A stretch of DNA of 64,000 nt from Azolla caroliniana (lineage: Eukaryota > Plantae > Polypodiophyta). The stretch spans positions 806,001 to 870,000 of the forward strand of contig JBHGNT010000014.1 of assembly GCA_043228905.1 (NCBI GenBank). Direction: 5' to 3'. The translations under genes and the position numbers were made by a program. The notes under the pieces are model-generated. The model was not told the origin of the DNA, did no database searches, and saw only the letters and a program-made list of their open reading frames with translations. Below, piece by piece: positions 49,624 through 64,000 of this stretch (the first letter of the stretch is position 1; each line of letters begins with the position of its first letter).

Positions 49624-52588
49624 TGCAAAATAGGTTTTTGCCCTAGATGGAAAATGTTTCACTTTTCCAAAAACAACCAAACAACATTGCAATGATCAAA
49701 TACATGAAAAAAACTAGGGAATCTAATTGGTCATGCCAAACGACACACTTGAGGGAAGTGAGGAGTAATGTGTGTTTGGTGCTCTATTTTACAGTGTCTG
49801 GATGTAAGACATATAAACTGGGAAATTGCGTGTGAAAAATAAAAATATGTCTTTTTCTAAAAATATTGTGTATCGTTCCATGAAAATGCTTGAATGGTGG
49901 GGAGCATGTAAATCTTGAGTGTTGTAGCATGAAAACCCTAAAATCTAATAATAAGAAGTAAAATTATTTTCAGCGAAAACCCTAATCTTTCCAAAACTTG
50001 AGCATTCTACAAAATTTACAAGGAAACATCTAGAACCCCAAAAAATGAAGAAGAAGAGAAAGAAATTGAAAATTCCCAAGAAGAGGGAACCCAAAACAAT
50101 TGGGTTGGGCTTTATTTGATATGTTGTAGTGCTTTGAATTTTGCACATGCTCAACAAAGTGAGTGCTTTTTTATCATGGCAGGGAATTTGGTTTGATGTA
50201 TGTGGTCATTTTGAACAATGTGTCCTCGAAAAGGTTAAAGTGATGATCACTTATTCTAAACTAGATTTGAACCCACTCCGTTTTAACAATCATCTATCTT
50301 ATCCAGTTAAACTAATGTATTTTTGTTGTAATAATTTTACTTATTGTTAATTTATCTAGAATTATTTCCTTATCCCTTCCTACTTTTCATCAAACCTCAT
50401 AATTTGCAACATACAAGATAGATACTCGCACCTAAACTTTAGAAACTAAAGTGTGAAAGGGCCCTTATGACAAAATACTTTTGTTAAGAGAAGTATATAT
50501 AAAAGGTTCTTTTTGTCCATTGTCAAACTTCGTCTTGACTTAACACATTTTTAAGCTTATCGTTCTCCCCCTTAATTTTATAAGCGGAAGTCTTGAAATC
50601 TTGATTTCAATTAATGAAAGCTTATTATTAATGTTACTTAAGACTTACGTATCTTTGAAGTAATTAGAGAATGTCAATAAGTTGAGTGATTATTTGGGTA
50701 ACTTTCTCGATTTGATTAAGCTTGAATACAAGAGTTTGCATAAAAACTAGCTCACTCATTGGGTTGAAGCATGGAGGAGCCCAACCTGTTAGCCTCCTTT
50801 GCTTGTCTCACCTACGAGGGGGTAGATGATAGTTTAACCCTAAAGAATGGCCTAGATCAAAGTATAAACTTTGGTCGAGTAAAGATGAGGAATACCTCGT
50901 CAAGCCTCACAAGTGTTTACAGATTGAACAAAAAATGATATGATTGATTATGCAAATTAAATTAATTGACAAATTTGGAATAAATAAAACTGAGTGTAAT
51001 GTTGATTTTGTCTTTTAAGAGAATCTCATAAACCTTTTTTGAATAACTGAATGCATATCCATATCTTAATATGCAAGGAGTTCATTAATTTTCGGTGGAA
51101 TGCATAATGGCTAAATACAGATGAATACACATCTTTCATTGATTTTTTATCATTAATGAGCAAGTAGATGTTTTCATGAATAAACAATCAATTGATTATC
51201 GACATTTTCTCTAAGAATATACACATCTGTCTTTATATCACTCAATACTTTTCTACCCTCGAGTGAAATTTAGATCCTATTTCTTCACATCATGACAAAG
51301 AAAAAGAGATGGATTCATTTAGTTCATGTGAAACAAATTGATTCTTCGAAGGCTTACTTGTCTTTTGTCGTTAATTTAACTGTCCACGCGGTTTTAATGG
51401 TGACATGCAACTTTGTGCGTCAATTTGCCGTAACAATGTACAGTGCTAGCCATAGTCAGCTAGTTTGATATATTCTTTTATCCAAGTTCTTTTGAACAAT
51501 TATATGCAATTCATTTGTTAACGTATAAATCTTCCCTAAATTCTAAAGCATACTCAACCCGATGTCAAAAGCATGTGACGATTTTAATGCCTCTCTTCTT
51601 AGCTTTTTTTTGTGTGGCAATAGTGCCAATAAAAATAATATAAAAAGGTATTAAAAGAACACACAAAGGTAAACTAAACCAATTTGCATTTTGTTCTTGA
51701 TTTTGTACTTCATACTTGTATATGGAACCTTCAAGCTCTCCAGAATATAAAACCATCATCTTTTCTTTTCACAACTGGAATGTCTATCTTTTGTTGCATG
51801 TATATGATTACTTTAAGCATGTAGGTGACTAATTCCCCAAAACTAACGGGATATACCAAAAAACAAGGACGACTTCAGTTTGATAACATGACCCATTATG
51901 TCATACACACGGCTATTAGCTGTGAATGAATTTGTGCACAAGATGGTAATATCAATAAGGAAAAGAGAGTAGGGCCATGCACGATTTATGAAGTAGTTGT
52001 CTCCGAGCCTCCTTTATGGTACGTAGTCAAAAAAGCTTGTTTGAAATCAACAATAAAGAGATTATCCCTTGTGTTTGATTTCTCCCATTCCAACCCAATA
52101 GGATAACCATGAAAGAGGTGGTGTGTTGCAGAGTGTTTTTTTGGTGCAAAATGTCCAATCATGTACCCCTAGTCACTTGCTGAATTCTCCAGCCTCTTCT
52201 TAAATTTCCTTTCCATGATGGGTCTTGCTCACTAGCTAAAGAGCACACCCGTTTTTTTACTTCATGCCCTCTGAAAGTTACTCTGTCAGTTAGACATACA
52301 TCTATGTGCATTGAAGTGGAAGTCAGTTAGAGGGAATAAATTATTGAATGTTTTGTGGGAGAACCAAAGAGAAGTTTTCTTCTTTACCATCCCTTGAGCC
52401 CCGACTCTTGGAGTCACATAGGCCGACCAGGAGGCCTCGCCCCACCCAAAGCATGGGAAAATGAACGCACTTTCTTCGCACAAGGTGTGGGATAAGCCCT
52501 AGAAATTCAGGGACAATTGAAGAGGGGAGTTCCTAGAAATCCAATCCAATCCGGTTCTCGTCCTTATTATCATTTTTTTTAATGAACA

Positions 52589-52602
52589 CCACGTGCACGT
52601 GG
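52589..52602. promoter_or_regulatory. Tandem G-box palindrome CCACGTGCACGTGG upstream of the IQM gene
   Basis: Two abutting CACGTG motifs ~450 bp upstream of the ATG; function is inferred. Confidence 0.4.
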
Positions 52603-52905
52603 GTTGGAAGCCTTCTACTCCCACACGGATTCGGTCATACCATCGTTTTTTTATACTTCTTCTTCTTAGTGTAGGCCCAGATACGCAAGATCAATGTATG
52701 GGATAACAGATCAATGATCTCAGATCCTTTTCGGCCGACACAACATAAACATCCATCCATTGCTTGGCATGCATGTCCATCAATCATCAATCATCAATCA
52801 TCAATCATCAATCTCCTTCTCCCACAAAATATATCCTCCAAAAAAAGACCTACTCACCTCAAGCACTTGCTTTGCTTTATGTAGACATCCTTTTCAGATA
52901 TAGCC

Positions 52906-52939
<34 letters not shown>

Positions 52940-53012
52940 GAAAGGAAAAAGAGGAGGTGTTTGACTCTAATCACAGTGCTTCAGAGCTTCTACTTCTACA
53001 ATTTTACAACAT

Positions 53013-53047
<35 letters not shown>

Positions 53048-53049
53048 CT

Positions 53050-53334
53050 ATGGCGGCCAATATAGTTGATAATTCCACTAATCTGCTGAATCCAGATGAT
53101 GGGTTCCTCCCGAACTTGCCACCGTCCTCTAATTCCACTGATCTGCTGAATCCAGATGATGGGTTCCTCCCGAACCTGACACCGTCCACGAATGGATGCC
53201 CGGAATCAGCCCGATCGGAAGTACCTTCCGAGGTTCGAGCCGCGATCAGAGTGCAGAAGGTATTTCGAGGTTACCGAGCCCGAAGGCAACTTGCCGACCA
53301 TGCTGTCACGAAGAAAAGTTGGTTAGTGTCTCTC

Positions 53335-53380
<46 letters not shown>

Positions 53381-56300
53381 CATATTTGTATGTATATGTA
53401 TATGTATATGCATATTTGTATGTATATGTATATGTATATGTATTGTATATGTATATTTGTATGTATATGTATGTGTATATGTATGATATGTATATTTGTA
53501 TGTATATTTGTATGTGTATGTCTGTTTTCTTGTGAAGCCCTTTTAAAAAGTGAAATTTGTGAGATCAGAGAGTATTTCATGCCATTTGCTTCTGGTCTTT
53601 TGCACCAATTTTATCATTTTATTGGATGTTGACAAATGAATGCTTCATGCCATGTCATGAATGTTGACCCAGTAAGTGAACATCTAGTGTGTTATGTTTG
53701 ATGCTTGAAGAACGACTCTCGCTGTCTCTCGCTGTCTCTCACTGCTCTTCCATTGTGTTGCAAGGGGAATTCTCTCTCTCTCTGTCAATCTCAATTACGA
53801 AGTTCATTAGTAAAATTCCTGAACAATGAGAAGCAATACTTGGTTCCACACATACTAAGTGAAAATGTTTTGACTTTTGGTCTCGTACACGCCATATTTG
53901 ACCTCTCTCCTTTGGATTTATTGATGTTTACTAGGGGCCGAAATCCGCATATGAGACCTCTCATGATTCCAAATATGGGTGACTTCAGATTATCCTTACT
54001 GCAAAGAATAAACACTCTAGCTTTCGTAAATATCCATCAGAACATTCTTGATGCATACCACAAAAATTAAAGCTTTAGCTCTCATAAATATCCATAATAG
54101 TAATCTTGGTACATACTGTCAAAAGTCAAAATTCTAGCTTTTGTAAATATCCATAAATAACTATCTTGATGCATGAGCTCATTTTACTGTTGATAATGAT
54201 TCTTGACATGGGTTTACAAGCTTGAAGTATAGATAAACCGCACTGAGTATAATATAAATTACTATGTGCATGGTAAGTAGTGGTGAAGGGACAGGGTGTC
54301 TGATGCTATTGTTGTAGATATATTTTATTACTGTACTCAGGGGTTCAATCTGACATTTGAGACCAAGTGAAACATTTTCATACAGTATGGAGTTTATATG
54401 AGACTCTTGATACAAATGTGAGATTAAGATTAGCAGATTTCGTTATGCACTTCTGGTAGGTGTTTTCCGCCACCAAATTAAGGTTAGTTTTACTTGAGTT
54501 AAAACATTTGGTTATTGGAAAAATATAAATAATGGGACGGCCTTCGACAGGCCCAGTACTCGAGATGCATAATCTTACGTTGGGTGCTAATGATTTGATG
54601 GAAATTGTCTAGTTTTGAGAGTAGATTGACATTTATCATTTTCGAAATGTAATAATGTCTTGATTCATTACTTACATCCATTATCTCAAATTTTGATTAC
54701 TGCTCAAAATGATTCGAGTGGCATCTATTTACTGGAAAAAGATTCATTAGCTTTCTAATTTTAGGTGGGAGGTGATTGAAGGGGCTTTTCTTCGGCAGAA
54801 TTCGCAGACATTCTACGCTTATGAAAATGAGGATACAGCAGCAAGACGATGGTCGCGGCTGAAAAAAAAAGCTGCCAGAGTATAGAGTGATGATCTTGTT
54901 ATTATGCTCTTGGGCACAATTCTTTTCTTGCATCAGTATTGAATTTGTAAAATCAATGTAAGTGTAGGTTGGGAAGGGTTTATCCAAGGATGAGAAGGCA
55001 CAGAAATTAGCTATTCAACACTGGCTTGAAGCTGTATGTTTCTTAGAAAAAGCCCTTGTGATGTCTTCTTTTCAATTTGTATATAATTTATTTGCAGTCT
55101 AATATTAACAAAAGAAAATTGAAATGATATCAAAGTTACATTCTTGTGGGTTGTCTTGTATAGATTGATCCAAGGCATCGTTATGGACATAACCTCAAGT
55201 TCTACTATGATGTGTGGAGGGAAAGTGCAACAAAACAGCCATTTTTTTATTGGTAAATAATGCCATTGTTTCCGGAATTACTTGTTTCTCTGAAATAGTT
55301 TTTTATCAAGTGAAGAGTATATTACTCTTGTTTATTCTTGTACATTGTCTTGTTCCTGTCATGTTAATAACTCTTTGTTTATTCCTTTGAGATCCTTTTT
55401 GTTTAGTTAATGTTTTATAAAGCTGCCTCCAGCTATACATCAAATGGATACCGGAATATAGAAATACTATCAGATTGTTGTGAAGTAATTAAGGTTATGA
55501 AGTATCATCCTGTAGTTATTAATGTGGTCTGCCATATTGTTTCAACTCTGTGATCCATCTTATGCTTATGATTGAAAGGTGCTTGCAACTATTTATACTG
55601 ATATGTGCTGGTTTGAAGGTTGGATATTGGGGAGGGCAAGGATGTGAATATACCTGAATGCAAAAGAACCAAATTGTTTAAACAACAAATTGAGTATCTA
55701 GGGCCTGTAAGTATTTTCAACATCTCCAGTGTCAAAAACATAGTCGCCCTGTAAAATTCAGTTGAGTTTATGCAAAAAGGTTTTTATTTATTATTTCATA
55801 GTCTCAACTTTTATGATAGATGATGATGATGATACTTGATGATAGAATGAAAGGGAACAGTATGAAGTCATAGTTGATAACGGGAAGCTGTGTTACAAGG
55901 AAAAGAAAAAACCGGTTGACACTCAAGACGAAGACAAATGGATCTTTGTTATGAGCACATTGGGGAAACTCTACGTCGCAAAGGTTTGGTTTTACTATCT
56001 TATTTTAATGTCATTTAACATATCAAAAGTATTGTCGGAATGAATGTCTTTCTTCCTGTGTGCTGGGATTGAAGAGTGATGTGAGAAAAATGCATGAGAA
56101 GAGGTGTCTGTTTTGTCTCTGTAACTTTTCAGGGTTTTTACACTTTATGGTGTAGGGATTATAGTAGAGCCACAAGTGTGTGCACATGATTTTAGGGAAT
56201 GGAAAGAAGGTACCAGAAGTCCACAGGATTAAGGTTAAGTGTGGAAAGTGAAAGGGAAAATATAGAAGAAAGCAAGGTATATATATATAGATATAGATAT

Positions 56301-57554
56301 AGATATAGATATATATATAGATGTATATATATATATATGAGAGAGAACCTAAATTTGCTTAGGAGATACTTCTTGTATATAGCAGGAGTATCGTTTAAGG
56401 ATCTAAGGGGGGAGCGAGAGAGAACTTTAATTTGCTCAAGAGATACTTACTTGAATATTTAAGGATCTAAGGTTTAGGGTTTCAAGTTTTCGCTAGAGAC
56501 ACAGAGTATGGTGTTGCTATGGATTTCGGAAACTGAAACAATGTATTGTTAGGTTTTAGGATTTAGGGTTCATTAGAGATACAATTAATATGTGTGGCCA
56601 TGGAAAGAAAGTGATACTAGGGCCTAGGTTTTATATCAATAGAGAAGAATGTGTGCCCATATACAATAGAAGTTCTTAGACTCTTGTTCTTGGAATTAAA
56701 ACCATGCGAAATGTAGGGCTTTCACACATGAATTTCTGGTTTTCACTGAACAAGCTTGCCAACTGAGTTACTCTACTGTCTCATCTTTTGGCATGGTGGT
56801 TCTATTCAGCTAAATGTGTCTGTGTTCACATCACAGAAGGTAAAAGGGAGATTTCAGCACTCGAGTTTCCTGGCGGGGGGAGCTACCAAAGCTGCTGGAA
56901 GACTGATTGTGAGGGAAGGAATATTGGAGGTATATGTCGCCGGATATGCTTTTATTTATTTCATTCACGTGAAAACATGCGATATAGTTATATTGATTTC
57001 GTTAGCATGAAAACAAATGAATCCCTAGTTTCGTTTATTTTGTGTGTATACTATATAAAGTCTGTCAATGAAAGAACTAAACCTAATTTTTTTTATGTGT
57101 GCATAGTTGATGGAAGCACATAGCGGACACTATCTTCCAACGGAAGAGAATTTTAGTAGTCTCATCAAGGTTCTAGAAGAGCTTGGAACTGACCTCAGCA
57201 AAGTTCTGGTATAATAATACAAAGAGATCAATCCATCGATTCTATATGCATGTACTATGAAGAAATGAAAAGGAACTAAATATGTCTACATTTCAATTGA
57301 TAAAATGTTGCTCAATACTTTTTGTGTTTCTTTTTTGTCTGAGTGGGGGGTATCAGGTGCAAACAGTATCTGATGATTTATTGAAAAAATCCTCGAGTGT
57401 TAGAGGCCCTGATGATGAGGTTGGAGATCTTCATAACACCTTGGATTCCCACAATACCAAAGAGGCTCCTTTTGGAGATAACAGTAAAGATGAAGAAGAA
57501 AGTTCTAGGTATAGAGTCCATTTGATCAAATCACAACGCTCCGGATTAATTTAG
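53050..57554 (+). CDS. IQM: IQM-family IQ-motif calmodulin-binding protein, ~386 aa, 9 exons
   Basis: Exons 53050-53321, 54765-54879, 54968-55033, 55164-55252, 55619-55706, 55846-55983, 56837-56929, 57107-57208, 57357-57554 (1161 nt, phases consistent). Motifs: [20 protein letters not shown] (IQ), [75 protein letters not shown]. Confidence 0.93.
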
Positions 57555-60090
57555 CAGCCCGAAGGTGATTCTATCGAAGGTTCGACAAAGATGATGACGA
57601 TTAAGTTGGAGACAAAGTAAAATATAGTATGACTCCATTGTATGTATTTGTTTTGTCATACAAGGTTCCCCACAATAGGTGTATTTTTGTTGTATTGGAG
57701 TAACTTAGCGCTTTTGCCTTTTTCCTTGTATACCATCATTCACAAACTTATCCTTATAAGATCTTTTCATCTATACCATCATTCACAAACTTATCCTTTA
57801 AGAATAGCCACTCATAGTTCACCCTAAAGTCAGACTTCGCTTTTATATTTTGGATACAATACCCTTGTAAATATTTGTAGGATTTAATCTAGCGATTCTG
57901 TGGACAACAAAATTATAAGTTATTGCACATGTTTGATATCCACTTAAAGATGGATTTAATTGAAAAAGCAATGCAATGTCGACGATGTAATTGAAATTGA
58001 TCCTAACCTATTTTTATCAAGTTCATTGTTCCAATGTTTGTTAATCTCAATTTAAAGATGGATTTAATTGAAAAAGCAATGCAATGTTGACCAAGTATGT
58101 CATTGATGATAGTCTTAAGCCATTTGTATCAAGTTCATTGAACCCAAATTTAGTAAATTTCTCACAACCCTATTGTAGTTTCTCTCTTTCCAACCCCTCT
58201 TAAAAAGAGTCGCATGCAAGATGATATGTTTATTGGTACCATAGGTCAAAATCAGTTTTCCTCATGGAAGATAAAGATCTATTCTCACTCTCAAAGTTAT
58301 ACTCGAGAGGGTTGGAATAATTTGAATGTTAGAGAATCAATGCAACCAAAGTATCACTCAAGGATGGGAACGGAGATTGATACTATTAAATGTTATGGTG
58401 GTTCAAGTGTTCCTTTATAGAATGGAAGTGTGAGGTGACACTATGTCACTTGGCGCATGGAATGAAATAGAGAAAATTCAAAAGATTATTCTAAAACCCT
58501 TAAACATCTTATCTTTTTAATGCTATTAGAAACAAACACTTGGCTCATAGAGGTACTAGCCATGCAAAGGCTGTACAAGTATATTGCCCTTGGGACAATA
58601 TTTGGAAACAGTTGCTAATGCCCCCCAAGTTGAGGAACAAAAGCAAGGGATCTACCTGAGGAGGGGCTTGTGTCTAATTAGCTAGTTGATGATGTATTGG
58701 CTTACCAATGTGATGATCAATCGCTAGATCAACCACATTGGGATCAACACGATCAAGATAGTAGTGGGGAAATTTGCAAAACTCAAGAATATGCTTGATC
58801 GTAGATCATCACCAACACAAGCTTCGACCATGGGATGGAAAGTACAAAAACTAGTAAGAGCAAAATCCTCTCATTTTGTTGGGTGCTTGAACTTATGAAA
58901 TAATTTAAGAGATATGTGCAAAATATCTAATAAAGCTCTCGGGTGATGTTATGAAGTATGTTATCATCGAGGATAGATTACTACAGGCACTATGGATGAA
59001 GTGGCAAGATGCTAAAATGTCAAAATTGGAATATACATAGTAAATACTAACCCCCAACATTGGCCCAATACATGGTAAAAATGCAAGAACGTATCCAATC
59101 ACATGTCATTATGCCCATGAGCTTTGGTTCTCAAATAGCCTTTGACACTTCTTCGAACCCAATCACATAAGTTGGGTTTTGAGGTAACAACATGGCATCA
59201 TCATCCAAATATGAAGATATGAAAGATACGCAATGAAAGCTTACTGGAGGATGAATATCTCTTACTTTTCACATGCAAGGCGATTCCCCGAGAAAGATGA
59301 TGACTTTTTAGATGGGCACGATAATATAATTATCATACTCAAATGTCCACCAAGAAGGTTGTGGACATTAAACGCATGCATTATTTTCACATAGAGGGTT
59401 TTTACTATAGAGTATTAACCCCCTATATTAGGAAGGAGTCACATACATGTTTTCTTTTCCAAACAAAATATGCTGTCATTAGTAAAATTCTGCATACATG
59501 ACAACATGATTAGGCTAACAACATTACAATGGCTCTAGCCATGACGACCTATGAAAACCACAAATAATACAATCTAAGATTATTTCCACCTTCTCACCCA
59601 ACATTTTTGCCAAAAACTTAAAGGCACAAAACTATTACCACTATTTGCATAGCATGTGATCAATGCATTCAATGATGCCCTACCTATTATAGTCATGGTT
59701 CATTTCCCCCCCCACATCAAACTCATATCAACCAACATCCATGTCATGTATGCCCTGACATCATTGCATTCCATGAAACCACATATGTAGTTAGAAGCCT
59801 CGGGAACACATCTCATGCTTCAACAACCCGGCTAACATGATCATGAGAGTTCCATTTCCAACTTTCATAAAAAAGTGTGTTACACCGTCCATTTCCAACT
59901 ACTCTTTTCTCTGCGTGAGCTTCCATTGCAACCATTGCAACAACTACTGCCAAGGTTCATTACAACTTCTACACCAGAATTCATATGAATCCTCCAAATT
60001 TCTTGCATCTTACCAAAGTTGGTTCGTAAACATGAAGTCCACAATTGATGAACTTACCATATGAAAATACTAGTTCTCTACTGCAATGAG

Positions 60091-60570
60091 TGTTAGAGGA
60101 AATTGTTGTCCGCCGGAATAGTAACCGACGGACAGAAGCGAAGAAGTATTATAATATAGTAAAAGCGTAAGAAACGTATGTAACGGTTCATGCAGGAAGC
60201 GTGAACGGCTAAAAGATCCTGTGTATATAAAGGGCATAAATCCTCTGTAAGAGGTAGCGTGTAATTTTGGTGCATAGAGCGTTATTCTAATAGAGTATTA
60301 TCTTCTCTGATTTTTGTGCATATTTGTGGTTGATCTACTGTGTTCTTTGATTCTCTGTGGCGTATTGTAATCGTAAGGGCGTAGGCGTAAGTGCGGTTAC
60401 TAGTGCACTGGCTAAGGAGTTCGGTTGTAGCCGTCTCCCTTATACGCTACTAGGATACGGGGAAGTATCCCATTACGTATTACGGTATGACAGTACCAGT
60501 CTTTGCAACGCAGTCACCTTGAGGTCTAGGTCGAAGGATTGACCGTAGACAGTGTTCCTAATCGATAACA
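60091..60570 (+). mobile_element. Solo-LTR-like element (480 bp) without a matching TSD
   Basis: TGTTA...TAACA inverted termini, internal TATATAAA and CpG richer than the flanks. Flanks ATGAG / GAAAA do not match. Confidence 0.55.
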
Positions 60571-61389
60571 GAAAAAGAAAGGTTCATGCTTCTTCAAGCA
60601 ATAAACTAGCAAGAGTAGTCCATGAAACACTACTCTGCATGTAGCTCCTCAAACAATACTTGTTCCTCAGCTAAGTAACCACATGCCACATGCATACCAA
60701 TTTCATTGCTTCCAAACAACATAATAGGTTAATCTTCATAGTTCAAAGAGTTGTTCTTTGTAGACTTGGTGGGAAGATTACAAATGGGAGGATGTTTGTT
60801 TTCCACATCAAACATCACGCCAATTATCACCAAAGTCTTGTACCTACACAAACAGAATGAGTCTACTCTCCCCATCCCCTCATGATGGCATGCTTCAACC
60901 CCCGACTCCATCCTCACTTATCCTTAGCAAATAAAAAATCCAAATCGGCTTCATTTTCCACATCCACCATCTTGTCGATTAAGAACAAAGTCATGTACCT
61001 CTCCAATCTCCTCAGACCCTCATGAAAATTTGCTTTTGCCTCCGCCACCATCTTCACTCATTGTTCTAGAAGCTAAAAATAAATAAATCTACTTCAAAAA
61101 ATTTCCACATAAACCATCTCGCTATTTTCCACCAAATTCATGTATAGACAACAAACAAAACATATCAGATGTCCTCATCCCCTCATGTTCTGCTTTGACC
61201 CTCGACAACATCCTCACTCATCCTTTCAAAAATAAATCAGCGTCATTTTCCACATCAACCATCTTGCCATTCATCACCCGAGTCCTGTACCCACAAAAAA
61301 CAGAATGAGTCTATTGTTCTCATCCCACAATGAAAGGATGCTTTAGTGCCTAATGAAAAGATACTTCAACCCTAAATCGAGTGAAAGGT

Positions 61390-64000
61390 ACATTCTCTCT
61401 CCTTCCCTCTCTATCTCTCTTTTCCCGTAGGGTTTGTCCCTACAATGGCAAATACTCATAAAACCGCCGCAAAGTTTGGGGGTATGATTGATAATGAGCC
61501 GAGATCACCAACAAATCTCGATTCTAATGCAATGGACAAAATGCTTATGAGTCTCTTGATTTCTCTTTAAGAAACCATAAACAAGCAAGGTGAAGAGATT
61601 AGGATGTTAATGAAAGAGAATACTAAGCTCCAAAGTGTTGTCATTGAGAATGAAAGTCTTAAACAAGTGGTTGCAAAACTTCAAGAAGAGATTCAAGAAT
61701 GTAAAAGATCTTCTTTTGAAACAAATGAGCGCCTTAACAAGATTGAGTTAAAGGAAGCATTAAAAGAAGAAAAATTGGACACGATGAGGCGGGATGTAAG
61801 TGAGATGAAAAATGTATGTACAACGAAGTCATGGGCCGATGTATGTGGTGGGGATGTGCTATCAAACTCATCTAATATGCATGTGATGCATCAAGAGAAG
61901 AATATAGAAAGCATAGATGTCCGAGAATTGAAAGAACGTGAACGACGATCAAAGAACATTGTTGTCCGTGGGATTAAAGAAGAGAGTATTGAAACATCCG
62001 CATCCCTTGGAAAGGCCATTGGTGAATTTTTTAGCATGCATTATGGGATGTCAGATGTGAATGTATATGGGGCACACCGAGTTGGGAAACATGGTGTTAC
62101 TCGCTCCGGAGAAAGGCCTATTGTATGCACAATGACAGATGATACAAAGCGGCGGATCATACTCGAAAATAGTTGGGTATACCTCAAAGGTACACAATGC
62201 TTTGTGAGTGAAGATCGTACTATCTCACAACAAAATGCTCGTCGTAAAACATATGAAGAAAGATTGAAAAACAAGGTTAAGGATGTGCCTAAAGATGGAA
62301 ATGTAGGCAAATAGGGACACGTGATCTATGAGACTAACCCACGCCTTTTACGACTATGCTTTTGGAATTGCAATGGATACCCATGGAATGCGGGATTTGG
62401 CATAGAGGAGTTCACCGATGACTCGGATATCACACTTCTTGTTGAAACATGGGAGCATGATACTCAAAGGATTCAAGGTTTAGGAAACTATAATGTACAC
62501 TCTTTGATATGGAAGAAAAATCCAAGACAAAGAAGAGGACAAGGAGGGGTGGCATGTTTGATTAAGAAGGAAATAGAGAAATGTGTCAATCATAAAAAAC
62601 GATGAAAATAAATGCTACATATGGCTCAAAATAGAAACACCTAATGATTTGCCCACTTTTGTAGTTGGATGTTACATTCCTCATCAAGATTTTAACTTTT
62701 ATGCTTGTTTGGATAAAGATCAACCGTTTGCCAATCTAGAAGATGATATTGCTTATTTCAAATCCAAAGGGGAAGTTATTGTCTTTGGTGACATGAATGC
62801 TCGTACAAGAAGTTTCCAACTTGATTCACAAGAATCTTTCATGCCACATATCTCAAGGATGCAAGAGGATATGCAAATGTATAATCGCTCTTCTAGTGAT
62901 GAAAAAGATCCGGACCAATTTGGGAAGTTACTCCTACAAATGTGCAATAGTACCGGATTGCTTATTGCAAATGGTATTTCCTTATGGCCCAACACTAATG
63001 GTTTTACATGTAGAAAACATAACGGAAATAGTGTGATTGACTATGTGCTACTTTCCGAAGGTATTTTGGATCGTATACATAAATTCTCACTTGGTGAATG
63101 GACACCGGAATCCGATCATAAGCCTTTATGTATTGATCTCAAATGTATGCATAGGTTTGATTGTGAGAAAGCTATTGAAGATAATAAACAACCGCACTTG
63201 AGCATGAACCTTAAGCGAGCACCCATGTACTCCAAGATGGTTGAGGATATGTTACAAATGACAAAGATACAACATGGTGCCACACTAGAATGCAAATGGG
63301 AAGCTTTCAAGAAAGTCATTCTCTCATGTACAAACAAATGTTTTTCGACCAACCGCATATCTTGGAAATGCACCAAGAAACTTAGGAAAAAATGGTTTGA
63401 TAAAGAATGTCGTGAAGCTCGAAAGTGCCTTATGGTTTTGGATGTAGTTAAGGATAAAGAGAATTACCAAAAGCATTTGCATGAGTATAAAAGGCTTATT
63501 CAAAGAAAGAGAAGATTATGGGAAGTTACTCAACAATTTATCCAAACGCAAGAGAAAGCACATGCATGTGCTAAATTTTCGGGAAATCTAAAGGGAAAAC
63601 GTGTTGAGAGTTATGGTGACTTAACTCTTCACGACTTGTCTATGCATTGTAAGAATTTATATGAGTTATCTCTTGCCGGAAAGATGATGTGTTATGGTTC
63701 TCTTTCACATATGCCTCCCTTCTTTACAATTGAAGATATATATGCATAGGACTTAAGAAATTGGCCTCTTGAAAGGCAAGCGATCTTGAATGTATAAAGG
63801 CTGAAATGCTCAAATGGACAGGAAAGGAAGCACATATATGGATAAGCGATATGTTTAATGATGCATTGCAACATGGTATGCCGTACGATTGGACTACAAA
63901 TTGGATCAAACCTTTACATAAAGGTGGAGATATAAATAATGTAAACAACTATCGAACCATCATGGTTGGCTCATTAATGGCAAAACTATTTGGATGTATA
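61390..64000 (+). mobile_element. LINE (RTE-X/CR1-group-like): ORF1 61445-62314 (one premature stop at 61568), ORF2 APE endonuclease from 62321 with frameshifts, start of RT at the right edge
   Basis: ORF1 has a coiled coil plus RSKNIVVRGIKE...AHRVG...RPIVC...VSEDRT. ORF2 has FWNCNG, LVETW, GQGGVA, GDMNART, SVIDYVL, SDHKP, KWFDKEC and IKPLHKGGD...NNYRTI. Confidence 0.88.

Noticed and set aside
57510-57620. Extra IQM intron (GT 57509...AG 57554) extending the C-terminus
   Set aside because: It would be only ~45 nt, too short for a typical plant intron; the in-frame TAG at 57552-57554 is the simpler end.

Overview
Plant nuclear DNA from a non-seed land plant, most likely a leptosporangiate fern (inferred from spliceosomal genes, TE types and a plastid rps12 fragment reading KDRKKG with its group II intron). 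There are three host genes: an 18-exon arginyl-tRNA synthetase (+, 4828-15645), an intronless 524-aa disordered protein with no recognisable domain (-, 24852-26426) whose 3' half and downstream flank are triplicated, and a 9-exon IQM-type calmodulin-binding gene (+, 53050-57554). The rest is mostly decayed, nested transposons: a MULE, several Ty1/copia, Ty3/gypsy, solo LTRs, a hAT-like MITE and an RTE-X-like LINE. The most striking signal is three separate Gypsy-type LTR insertions with TGTC...GACA termini, all beside or within the palindrome ACGT. The two with both flanks visible have 4-bp TSDs. The two with internal sequence have a tRNA-Trp PBS, and two of the LTRs carry an antisense tRNA-like A/B-box module. 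A plastid rps12 exon-intron fragment is also lodged in a copia integrase. Coordinates were counted by eye and may be off by a few bases; no database searches were run.
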